From a virus (Duplodnaviria; Caudoviricetes): a DNA stretch of 37,127 nucleotides. The stretch spans positions 1 to 37,127 of IMG/VR virus record IMGVR_UViG_3300032328_000241, one strand, 5' to 3'. Below, in pieces: positions 20,165-28,195 of this stretch; the stretch's first letter is position 1; each line of letters opens with the position of its first letter. The position numbers and the translations under genes were made by a program. Under the pieces are notes generated by a model. It saw nothing but the letters and a program-made list of their open reading frames with translations. It did no database searches and was not told where the DNA came from.

Positions 20165-21118
20165 CTATTGTAACATTAAACGATTAGATACATTATTAAA
20201 ATGTTCTGTTACAATGCTATCCCAGTCATATTCCTTATGGATTTCTGGTGCTTGATCATAATATTTTGGCAATAAAGTTTCAATGTTTTTTTCAGTATAG
20301 GAAATCTTCTGTAAAAGGTCTTCATAATCTGGTTTAAACATAAGTCCTGGATGTGTTATGGTAAATGGATTATGTGTAAGTGTTGATTTAACCATTAGAT
20401 CACCAACGTAGTTATCATAATCACACCACCCACCTGAAACAATGCTAGGCATTCCAGTTCCAAGTGCTTGTAAAGGAATAAATCCAAAACCTTCACCCCA
20501 AGAGGGATAGATAAGAGCGTGGTGTTGTTTTAAAAGTCTAACCAAATCAAAAGATGTATATGTTTCACCAATTACATTAATGTTTGGCTCATTATCAAGT
20601 TCTGGAATTTCAGAACCTTTATATGCTTTTATAGTTAGAGAAACATCTTTTCTACCAGCATATAGTTCAAGAAAAGCATTAGCAGTATCGTAAACATTTT
20701 TGCGGTATGCAGGATATCCAATATGAATAAACTTAATAGTATCAGTAAGTTCTCGTTGTTGTGGTTGAAAAGTTGTATCTAATCCGTGTTTAAATACATA
20801 AACTTCTTTATCTGTATGTTGACTAAATACATCTTTACAGAATTTATTTGCCACCCAAAACTCATCAACAAGTTCTAACTTTTCATTCCATCCTTTAGGA
20901 AATCTTGTTGATTCCCAAGCAGTGTATCCAATTTTATAAGAATTTGGATTTAAAAATTCATAATCTGAAGCATGTCCAAAATATACTTCAAGATCACAGT
21001 TATGTAGCTTGTATCCTACTGAGTGATTTGTTTTACCAAGAGAACTTATAATTCTCATACTTCCGTGACCATATCCCATCCACGCAACGTGATTTGGATT
21101 GTTAAAACTTATTTTCAT
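20165..21118 (-). CDS. Glycosyltransferase (GT-B fold, GT4-like)
   Basis: GYG, YTAWE, RKN, YPSWGEGFGFIPLQALGTGMP motifs. Confidence 0.85.
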   Translation of the reverse strand: MKISFNNPNHVAWMGYGHGSMRIISSLGKTNHSVGYKLHNCDLEVYFGHASDYEFLNPNSYKIGYTAWESTRFPKGWNEKLELVDEFWVANKFCKDVFSQHTDKEVYVFKHGLDTTFQPQQRELTDTIKFIHIGYPAYRKNVYDTANAFLELYAGRKDVSLTIKAYKGSEIPELDNEPNINVIGETYTSFDLVRLLKQHHALIYPSWGEGFGFIPLQALGTGMPSIVSGGWCDYDNYVGDLMVKSTLTHNPFTITHPGLMFKPDYEDLLQKISYTEKNIETLLPKYYDQAPEIHKEYDWDSIVTEHFNNVSNRLMLQ

Positions 21119-21123
21119 TTACT

Positions 21124-21420
21124 CTACTTTTCTAGTTGTTCTAGTCGTTTTTCAATTCTGGCAATAGCATCTTTAATAGATGTTCCAGAATTAGGTCTCA
21201 TTTCATATGAAACACATTTTAATTCTTCTTCAATTATACGCATTCTTTCTTGCATTCCAGGACGACCTGCAAATCCTGGTCTTTCTTCTTCACCGAAATA
21301 ATCATCAAGGAAGTGTATAAATCTTTTAACCAAAAGTGTGGTTTTACGGATACCTACTGCAATAACTCCAATAGCAGTTACTGTAGCTGCTAACATTATT
21401 AAAAAGTTAGTTGATTCCAT
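21124..21420 (-). CDS. Single-TM membrane protein, possibly lysis-associated
   Basis: N-terminal TM helix, C-terminal PNSGTSIKDAIARIE motif typical of actinophage lysis-region proteins. Confidence 0.6.
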   Translation of the reverse strand: MESTNFLIMLAATVTAIGVIAVGIRKTTLLVKRFIHFLDDYFGEEERPGFAGRPGMQERMRIIEEELKCVSYEMRPNSGTSIKDAIARIEKRLEQLEK

Positions 21421-21445
21421 ATTTAATTATACACTCCCAAAAAAA

Positions 21446-21781
21446 CTACTTCGAAGTAGTCTTCTTTGCTGTGGATTTCTTTGCTGGTGTTTCAGCCTTC
21501 TTTACTGGAGATGGCTTAACAACAGGCTTAGTTTGAACCTTTTTTACTGCCTTTGTTACTTCAGCAGCAACTTCTTCAGGAGTTGATTTACCTGAGATTT
21601 TTCCAAAAGCAATGTCGTTCTTATTAAAGTAACGAATGGCTACTGGTGCAAGTGCTGCAACTAAAGCATTTAGATACAAATATGGGTCAGTAACACCTGC
21701 CATATAAAGAGCAATTACAGCACCTAAGATTGAACGTGCATAGGACTGGATAATTGCTAAGTTTTCTTTTGATAAAGTCAT
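21446..21781 (-). CDS. Holin-like membrane protein
   Basis: Two hydrophobic segments, RYFNKND.AFG motif, Lys-rich C-terminal tail. Confidence 0.55.
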   Translation of the reverse strand: MTLSKENLAIIQSYARSILGAVIALYMAGVTDPYLYLNALVAALAPVAIRYFNKNDIAFGKISGKSTPEEVAAEVTKAVKKVQTKPVVKPSPVKKAETPAKKSTAKKTTSK

Positions 21782-21800
21782 TGACTTATTCCTTTTCTAG

Positions 21801-21910
21801 TTTTATAATATATGTCATATATATGTTATATATAATATATATTAAATATATTTAATATTTTTAATATACTTAATATGTATAAACTTTTAATATATATATA
21901 ATTACAATTA
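21801..21910. other. Extremely AT-rich tract with a 20-bp palindrome
   Basis: 7 G/C in 110 nt; ATATTAAATATATTTAATAT at 21839-21858. Confidence 0.8.
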
Positions 21911-22115
21911 TAGCGACAAAACTTCTTTCGGTCAATATCTTTCTAAAATTTTTAATAATTGTTATTAAAACTTAATAAACTCTATCTCCTGATTTAAAAA
22001 TAAAAATTTCGGCGATTTGCGGTTCGGCGCGAGAACAGAACACCAACCCCCACGCAAAATGCGTGTATAGACCTTATAGAGGCTATAATAGGTATCTAGT
22101 GAAAAGGACGGCAGT

Positions 22116-22328
22116 ATGGAAAACCAAAACAATACCGAACAAATAGTTGGCAATGCCAATGACAATATCGGAGAAATATTATATATAATGCTTGGAAGAG
22201 TATATGATCTATTAGTTCTAATGTGTGATGCTAATGGCAAATCAGAAGAAGTTTTGCGTATTATGGAATTACACAAGAATGGAATGCTTATGTGTCCTTT
22301 GCCATCACTGAGCATACCTACAGAATAA
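22116..22328 (+). CDS. Hypothetical protein
   Basis: 70 aa; AAGGA RBS; TATAAT at ~22084. Confidence 0.65.
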   Translation: MENQNNTEQIVGNANDNIGEILYIMLGRVYDLLVLMCDANGKSEEVLRIMELHKNGMLMCPLPSLSIPTE

Positions 22329-22366
22329 GAGCCTTTTTAATTCTTGCTCAGGAATATTTGTTCTTT

Positions 22367-22801
22367 CTACCTACCGATTTTTTTATTTTTAAAATCATTA
22401 ATTTCGATAGCTTTAGGTTTCTTTTCATCTGGAACTACCTTTTCAATCGAAATAAGTAGCATTCCATCAACAAGATGAGATTCTTTTGTAACCATATGTT
22501 CAGCTAGAGAGAATGTTCTTGTAAACTTTCTACCAGCAATACCTTTATGTAGATATTCACCATCTGTATCTGGAAGTTCTCCAACTACCGTCAAATTACC
22601 ATTTTCTTCAGTAATAGTTAGGTTTGACTTGTTATATCCAGCTACCGCCAATTCAATTATAAAGTTGTTATCATTTACTCTTTTGACGTTGTATGGAGGA
22701 AATGCTGTCGCATTTGTCTTTGCTAGAGTTTCTAGCTTAGGGAAAAATGTTTCCCAGCCGATCATATATGGGTTATTTGCCCACGCATTTAGATTATTCA
22801 T
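22367..22801 (-). CDS. Small heat shock protein (Hsp20/IbpA family)
   Basis: FPPYNV, IELAVAG, YLHKGIAGRKFTRTFSL, DGMLLI motifs. Confidence 0.93.
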   Translation of the reverse strand: MNNLNAWANNPYMIGWETFFPKLETLAKTNATAFPPYNVKRVNDNNFIIELAVAGYNKSNLTITEENGNLTVVGELPDTDGEYLHKGIAGRKFTRTFSLAEHMVTKESHLVDGMLLISIEKVVPDEKKPKAIEINDFKNKKIGR

Positions 22802-23061
22802 ATTTTTTGCTCCTTTTAAGCGAGTTAATTTACATCCCCTTTTGGCAGATGCATTCTTATATTTTACCCCATTTTTTGTTAAAGTTACCTTCCTGTTACA
22901 TAAAAGTTATCAAATTGTTATATTATATTTCCATAAAATGTTAATGTATTATTGCAAAGCTTTTGCAAGTCCTATTTTGAGAAAATGTGAATGATATTTT
23001 AATTTGTATAATACACAACTTAGAGATCTAATATCAAAAAACTTAGTGAGCACATAAGAAA

Positions 23062-23140
23062 AAATTCACCCTAGAAAAAGAAGCTCTTTTCAAAATAAAT
23101 TCATCCTAGAAAAGAAGCTCTTTTAAAAATAAATTCACCC
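23062..23140. repeat. ~35-bp direct repeat, about 2.3 copies
   Basis: AAATTCA(C/T)CCTAGAAAA(A)GAAGCTCTTTT units begin at 23062, 23097 and 23131. Confidence 0.85.
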
Positions 23141-23160
23141 TGTGGATAAAGTGTGTATAA
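23141..23160 (-). promoter_or_regulatory. Tandem DnaA boxes
   Basis: TGTGGATAA (23141) and TGTGTATAA (23152), i.e. TTATNCACA on the minus strand, 11-bp period. Confidence 0.6.
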
Positions 23161-23264
23161 AGAGTTCATCTACTGTTCATCTTAGAAACGTCAAAATGTA
23201 CCAAAAATTGTCAGACCTCTATGCCATACTAAGAGTATTAGATAAACAGAAAGAAGGTAGTCAA

Positions 23265-23483
23265 ATGACTAACCAAATTGAAAAGTTCGTCAAGATAGCA
23301 CTAGAGGAATACCCAGAGTCAAAGTTCGTTTGCCCATTCTGCGGTGATTACTTTGGTGCTATCCCGTCATACGGTTATTGCGATGCAACTATTTCTTGCA
23401 CTGACGGTCAATTTTATGACATTGAAAATGCTGTAATAATAAACACAAATGATTTTTATGACGATGAAGAGTCTGACGACTAA
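23265..23483 (+). CDS. Small Cys-motif (CPFC) protein
   Basis: Start MTNQIEK after GAAGG RBS and a promoter copy. Confidence 0.75.
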   Translation: MTNQIEKFVKIALEEYPESKFVCPFCGDYFGAIPSYGYCDATISCTDGQFYDIENAVIINTNDFYDDEESDD

Positions 23484-23542
23484 AAATTGTCAGACCCCTC
23501 TGCTAGATTAAAACTACTACCTACTAAAGAAAGGCTAATCAA

Positions 23543-23665
23543 ATGAATGAATTAGCACTAGAGAACATAACCAACACTAAGTGTGTTGCGTGTGGCGATA
23601 AGTTGACCTCTTGGGAAACATCTGGCTATTGCATTATCTGCGAGCCTGATGAGTATGACATCTAA
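23543..23665 (+). CDS. 40-aa zinc-finger microprotein
   Basis: MNELALENITNTKCVACGD...CIICE; GAAAGG RBS; paralog at 24718. Confidence 0.8.
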   Translation: MNELALENITNTKCVACGDKLTSWETSGYCIICEPDEYDI

Positions 23666-23725
23666 AAATTGTCATACCCCTCTGCTAAGATGAAACTACT
23701 AAACAAGGAAAGGTAAGGTAATCAG

Positions 23726-23899
23726 ATGATTTACTTACACTTAGACCCGTTTGACGGGTTGCTATGCGGTTGTAATGACTTCGCATACATTCGTGAGGTT
23801 AATACCTTTACAGATGAGATGACCGACTTCTGTGACTATTGCTGTGTCAAGGCGTTCGGTATGCTTGACAACTTTGAGAGAAATGAGTCATACCTATGA
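23726..23899 (+). CDS. 57-aa Cys-rich microprotein
   Basis: MIYLHLDPFDGLLCGC...FCDYCC; promoter and RBS; ATGA overlap with the next gene. Confidence 0.7.
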   Translation: MIYLHLDPFDGLLCGCNDFAYIREVNTFTDEMTDFCDYCCVKAFGMLDNFERNESYL

Positions 23900-24147
23900 T
23901 TGACGCTATCACCGCACCTTTCGCATCTCTGTACGATTTAGTAATGAACATCTTTATGTTTCTAATCGTATCGCTTGTCTTAATGATTGTATTACCGATT
24001 ATCGGAATACCGTTTCTTGTAAAGATGTTAGCGGTATGGGTTGGTAAAAGTATCGCTAAAGAATTAAAAAAAGTAGCGATAGAAATAATTAAAGAAATAC
24101 AAAACGAAAACAACAAAACACAAATAGAAAAGAGTAAGTATGTTTAA
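23896..24147 (+). CDS. Membrane protein
   Basis: Long hydrophobic segment; translationally coupled. Confidence 0.7.
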   Translation: MIDAITAPFASLYDLVMNIFMFLIVSLVLMIVLPIIGIPFLVKMLAVWVGKSIAKELKKVAIEIIKEIQNENNKTQIEKSKYV

Positions 24148-24274
24148 TTCATTAGTAGTAATCGTAAACGGTGAAAAGTATGTCTATGAGTGCCACAGTT
24201 ACAGTAAGGCTATGGAGATACTTGCAGGGCAGTATGAGATAACAAAAAAGATTGACTCGTTTGAGTTAGTCTAA
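24140..24274 (+). CDS. 44-aa hypothetical protein
   Basis: MFNSLVVIVNGEKYVYEC...; overlaps the previous stop. Confidence 0.6.
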   Translation: MFNSLVVIVNGEKYVYECHSYSKAMEILAGQYEITKKIDSFELV

Positions 24275-24280
24275 TGTTGA

Positions 24281-24305
24281 GGGGGGTGTGATCATAGCAC
24301 CCCCC
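24281..24305 (+). terminator. GC-rich hairpin closing the first gene block
   Basis: GGGGGGTG/CACCCCCC stem. Confidence 0.55.
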
Positions 24306-24481
24306 ACCGACATAACGGACACGACACGCCCGACACGCCCGAAAGCGGCGACCCTGCCCCTGTGGATAACTATTGATTAAGTAGATGTGACGTAACTCAC
24401 TGAAATTATGACGTGTTTAACAAGAAATTGTCAGACCCCTATGCTAAGGTGAAACCATAACAACAACGAAAGAGGTACACA

Positions 24482-24661
24482 ATGAAAGTATTTGCAGTTT
24501 ACAGCATTGACGGAATAGAGAAACTATTTCAGTCAGAGTCAGATGCTATTGCAGATGTTGCAAAGCGTGAGTCAGATGCTAAGGCTTATTGGTTTGATAC
24601 GTTTGGTGACTATGACGGTGACTTTGACCAGTGGACTGTAGTACCTCTAGAGGTATTCTAA
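24482..24661 (+). CDS. 59-aa acidic hypothetical protein
   Basis: MKVFAVYSIDG...; GAGG RBS after a promoter copy. Confidence 0.7.
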   Translation: MKVFAVYSIDGIEKLFQSESDAIADVAKRESDAKAYWFDTFGDYDGDFDQWTVVPLEVF

Positions 24662-24717
24662 AACTGTCAGACCCCTATGGTAAGTTAAAACTAACAACAA
24701 CAAGAAAGGCTAATCAA

Positions 24718-24828
24718 ATGAATGAATTAGCAGTAGAACAAATCACTAACACTAAGTGTCTAGTGTGCGGTGATAAGTTAGCACCGTTCGAGTTAGAGTC
24801 ACAACTATGCATAATGTGTGAGGACTAA
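24718..24828 (+). CDS. 36-aa zinc-finger microprotein, paralog of 23543
   Basis: MNELAVEQITNTKCLVCGD...CIMCED. Confidence 0.8.
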   Translation: MNELAVEQITNTKCLVCGDKLAPFELESQLCIMCED

Positions 24829-24829
24829 A

Positions 24830-25018
24830 ATGTTTCTGTACAACTTAGAAGACTTACTAATCAGTATCGCTATCTTTTCGCTACCTATGCTATTGCTTGA
24901 ACTACAACTATTGGTTATTGGTTTTGATTTTATGTCTGCCAATGTAATGATAGCCACCGCAGGTATTGGTTTGCTATGTGCTATTGGTGCAGTAGTAATT
25001 GAAATGGTAGAGCGATAA
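24830..25018 (+). CDS. Two-TM membrane protein
   Basis: Hydrophobic; starts 1 nt after the previous stop. Confidence 0.7.
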   Translation: MFLYNLEDLLISIAIFSLPMLLLELQLLVIGFDFMSANVMIATAGIGLLCAIGAVVIEMVER

Positions 25019-25095
25019 TGAAAATCTTTATTGCAATTTTATTGTTGCTATTATTCTTCGGTGCATTGTCTGGTGATGGCAAGGGAAGATTTTAG
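25018..25095 (+). CDS. 25-aa single-TM micropeptide
   Basis: MKIFIAILLLLLFFGALSGDGKGRF; TAATG coupling. Confidence 0.55.
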   Translation: MKIFIAILLLLLFFGALSGDGKGRF

Positions 25096-25275
25096 ACACG
25101 CCCGAAAGGGTCGCCCCAAAGCTACCCAAATGTCAATTAAGACACGCCGTAAAAGATCACTAACTTTTGTGGGATTCATCACAAAAAATAATTGGAAACA
25201 CTGCCCAAATGTACCAAAAATTGTCAGACCCCTATGCTATGCTGAAAGCATAAGAACAAAAGGAAAGGAGTCAAA

Positions 25276-25434
25276 ATGACTTACTTAGAAATGATGCTAG
25301 AATTAGGCTGTGAATACATCTGTGTATTTTGCGAACAAGAGTTTTCAGACAAGCCATACTACTGTGGCGGTTGTGGTGAATACAAAGGCGTAATGGCAAT
25401 AGAGGACTACATCGCAACTTATGTCAATAAGTAA
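25276..25434 (+). CDS. 52-aa zinc-ribbon microprotein
   Basis: CVFC...CGGC; AAGGAG RBS; promoter copy. Confidence 0.75.
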   Translation: MTYLEMMLELGCEYICVFCEQEFSDKPYYCGGCGEYKGVMAIEDYIATYVNK

Positions 25435-25490
25435 AACTGTCAGACCCTTATGCTAAGATAAAACCAACAAACAAACGAAAGGTTGACAAA

Positions 25491-25715
25491 ATGACAACAC
25501 TAAACACGCAAGACTTTATCGACTCGTACAAGGCTTTGCATACCGCAAAGTATTCAACACTTCCAGCAAACGAACACTTGGTACTTTCAACCATTCTAAG
25601 CGTTTCGCTTGAATGGCAAAAGTCAGTTGCAGAGGTTCAAGCACTGCTAGACAAAAAAACTCAAGAGCAAAAACTAGAACTACAATTCTTTCAAGATGCA
25701 AAGGCAGGAAAATAA
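25491..25715 (+). CDS. Hypothetical protein, paralog of 26226
   Basis: MTTLNTQ...; promoter and RBS. Confidence 0.75.
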   Translation: MTTLNTQDFIDSYKALHTAKYSTLPANEHLVLSTILSVSLEWQKSVAEVQALLDKKTQEQKLELQFFQDAKAGK

Positions 25716-25716
25716 A

Positions 25717-25890
25717 ATGATGACACGCAAAGACTATGTAGCCGTTGCAAAAATTCTAAATGACGGAATAAACGGAGTGCTTGACAATGAACAACAATTC
25801 GTAGATGCGTTTATTGAAATGTTTCAAAAAGATAATCCAAACTTTGATGCAACACGATTTGAAAATGCGGTGTGGGAAAATGCTAAATAG
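25717..25890 (+). CDS. Small phage protein (MTRKDY...DNPNFD..RF type)
   Basis: Motif pattern common in phage early regions; AGGA RBS. Confidence 0.7.
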   Translation: MMTRKDYVAVAKILNDGINGVLDNEQQFVDAFIEMFQKDNPNFDATRFENAVWENAK

Positions 25891-25963
25891 TTTTTATTCT
25901 TGGGTTTTAATTTTATCCCTTGCAAGTTTTATTTATTTGCTTGGAACAAAACCTAGCGACTAG
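25880..25963 (+). CDS. 27-aa single-TM micropeptide
   Basis: MLNSFYSWVLILSLASFIYLLGTKPSD; overlaps the previous stop. Confidence 0.45.
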   Translation: MLNSFYSWVLILSLASFIYLLGTKPSD

Positions 25964-26101
25964 GCTTGACAAAGCCCCCGAAATGGGGCGACCCCAGATC
26001 CTGGCAAAAGTCAATTACGACACCCTCAAAATATCACTGGAATTTTATAACAATTAGGTAAATTTTTAGTAAACATCGGTGTGTCGATTTGACAAGATTT
26101 T

Positions 26102-26121
26102 TGTGCATAAGTTGTGGATAA
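26102..26121 (-). promoter_or_regulatory. Tandem DnaA boxes
   Basis: TGTGCATAA (26102) and TGTGGATAA (26113), 11-bp period. Confidence 0.6.
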
Positions 26122-26225
26122 ACAATTCACTAACTGTTAATCTAGTTTATGCCCTAATTGGCAGAAATTGTCGGTGTGGTGTGGTAAGGTTAAACCATAA
26201 CCAACAAATGAAAGGTGGTCACAAA

Positions 26226-26450
26226 ATGACTACACTAAACACCGAACCGTTCAAGTACGCTTACAATGCCCTTGACAAGGCTAGGTATCCAAACACCCAT
26301 AGAAGCACATCGGGTTATGTTGCACTAGCGACAATGCTTGAGGTTTGCGTGAATTACAAAATGGGTATCTCCCAAATCCAAAAAGCATTAGATGAAAAAA
26401 CTAATCAGTGGACAAACGAATTATTAGAATTAGAAAAGTTGGTGAAATAA
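26226..26450 (+). CDS. Hypothetical protein, paralog of 25491
   Basis: MTTLNTE...; GAAAGG RBS. Confidence 0.75.
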   Translation: MTTLNTEPFKYAYNALDKARYPNTHRSTSGYVALATMLEVCVNYKMGISQIQKALDEKTNQWTNELLELEKLVK

Positions 26451-26636
26451 ATGACAGAAATTAATCTTAAAGAATTGTCAGAAATAATTCTTGACCGATA
26501 CACACCATTTGCGTTTAAGTGTGATTGCAACGGTGGTCACTATGATTGTCAAGATGCACAAAATGAAATGTATCAACAATTTGAAACAGTTCAAAGAATT
26601 GCACAATACATTTCTGAATACAACCCAGAACACTAG
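26451..26636 (+). CDS. Hypothetical protein (CxC..H..C)
   Basis: Abuts the previous stop. Confidence 0.65.
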   Translation: MTEINLKELSEIILDRYTPFAFKCDCNGGHYDCQDAQNEMYQQFETVQRIAQYISEYNPEH

Positions 26637-26643
26637 GAGTAAA

Positions 26644-26796
26644 ATGAAAATTGTAAAAAACAAAATAGATGGAACATTTTTAATTGGTGTTACATTTTCA
26701 AATAACTTTAACTACCGAACAAAAAGAAAAGACACAACTTTAATTTTTGACTTAGGTTCTAATTCGTTTGCATTTGTTTTCAGAGGTGAATACTAA
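26644..26796 (+). CDS. 50-aa hypothetical protein
   Basis: AGGAG RBS; MKIVKNKIDG. Confidence 0.65.
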   Translation: MKIVKNKIDGTFLIGVTFSNNFNYRTKRKDTTLIFDLGSNSFAFVFRGEY

Positions 26797-26914
26797 AAGG
26801 GGCGACCCCAAAGATCGTCAAATGTCAATTACGACATTAAGGAATGTTTCACTGAAATCACAGGAAATTGTCAGACCCTTATGATAAGATAATCTTATTA
26901 TCGAAGGAGATAAA

Positions 26915-27448
26915 ATGACCTACCTACAAAATTATCGTGAAGTCGTAAAGAATGCAACAGCCCCACAAATAGAGTCTGCCGTATCTTGGTATCTTGAAGC
27001 AGAATTATTGGCTAAGGATGTGCAAGCAATTTTTTCTAAGCGTGGTATGCAAGTATCTTTAGAATCTTGCGCTAGTGTTATCTCATCATTCTCACCTCGT
27101 CAGCGTTGGAATCGCAATGTTGTGCAAGCGTTAGAGTTTGCAAATGGTGGCAAGCCTACTGGACTAAAAAATAATTTAGTTATGGCAGAAAATTCTTTGG
27201 TCTATGGTTTCAAGGCACTTAAAGGATTAAAGACAAATGCATTCGCTCGTGCAATCGCAGGTGATGAGAATGCAATCACAATAGATGTGTGGATGTGTTA
27301 TGCAGGTGGACTAAAAACAAATGCACCAAACAAAACACAATACCGAGAAATGTCTGAAGCAGTAATGACTTTAGCAACTGAAATAAAATTATCACCTCGT
27401 GCAACTCAAGCCCTGATCTGGATTATTTTCAGGGGGTCTGCTGAATGA
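26915..27448 (+). CDS. Conserved phage protein, putative HhH-glycosylase-like fold
   Basis: WY..A, SPRQRW..N, KT..F...I.G, TIDVW, P...QA.IW pattern; the fold assignment is inference. Confidence 0.55.
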   Translation: MTYLQNYREVVKNATAPQIESAVSWYLEAELLAKDVQAIFSKRGMQVSLESCASVISSFSPRQRWNRNVVQALEFANGGKPTGLKNNLVMAENSLVYGFKALKGLKTNAFARAIAGDENAITIDVWMCYAGGLKTNAPNKTQYREMSEAVMTLATEIKLSPRATQALIWIIFRGSAE

Positions 27449-27507
27449 AAATTATCCTAACGTGTCTATTATTCTTAATAGTCATCGGTGCTTGCACCGC
27501 CTCATAA
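27445..27507 (+). CDS. 20-aa hydrophobic micropeptide
   Basis: MKIILTCLLFLIVIGACTAS; ATGA coupling. Confidence 0.45.
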   Translation: MKIILTCLLFLIVIGACTAS

Positions 27508-27627
27508 AAGAGGGTCGCCCCCAAGAGCTCAGAGCAATTACGACATTAAGATAATATTCACTGAAATCGCTGGAAAATGTCAGACCCTTGTGCTATGATG
27601 AAATCATCATCAACCGTTAGGAAAAAA

Positions 27628-27795
27628 ATGTATTTATTCCAAGAAATTGATTTTGCAACCGAACTTCTTTTAGATGAGGTCTTTGCCTTTGATGAAGGTC
27701 TTGAGCAGGAGTTTGAGTTAGATGATGAACTGCCCGAAGATGAAATGTATGAAGATGCAGGTATGGAAGGATACCTTTTTGGTTGGGACTCATAG
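27628..27795 (+). CDS. 55-aa hyper-acidic protein
   Basis: 20 D/E and no K/R; own promoter copy and AGGA RBS. Confidence 0.7.
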   Translation: MYLFQEIDFATELLLDEVFAFDEGLEQEFELDDELPEDEMYEDAGMEGYLFGWDS

Positions 27796-27920
27796 TCCCA
27801 CCACCCTTTTGGGTCGCCCCGAAAATCCAGGAAAAGACTTTTACGACACACCCAAAATGTCACTGGAATTGTCAGACCTCTATGCTAAGATGATAGCATC
27901 AACCAATCGAAAGGGACACT

Positions 27921-28163
27921 ATGTTTACTCTACATAATCCAATGAAAGTTATGAACGAACGCTATGTCGTTACCTCACACCCTTGCCCAATGTGCAACGA
28001 AACCAAAACCGTTTCAATCTCTTCTTCTGAATTGTTTGCATACCACCAAGGTGCATTGGCTCAAAATGTATTGTCTGACTATGACGCTGATGTTCGTGAG
28101 CGTTTCATTAGTGGAGTCTGTGGCACTTGCTGGACTTCAATGTTTGACTTTGAGGACGAGTAA
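27921..28163 (+). CDS. Zinc-binding small protein
   Basis: CPMC...RERFISGVCGTCW. Confidence 0.75.
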   Translation: MFTLHNPMKVMNERYVVTSHPCPMCNETKTVSISSSELFAYHQGALAQNVLSDYDADVRERFISGVCGTCWTSMFDFEDE

Positions 28164-28195
28164 AAATGTCAGACCTCTCTGCTAAGATTAGTCCT

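Noticed and set aside
23208-23230. TTGTCA read as an ordinary -35 element
   Set aside because: It is only 11 nt from the -10 in every copy, not 16-18; the geometry fits a -26 element.
25031-25279. 82-aa ORF, and the long N-terminal extensions at 23142, 26079, 29129, 34564
   Set aside because: They run through the repeated regulatory elements; better starts with an RBS lie downstream of the promoters.
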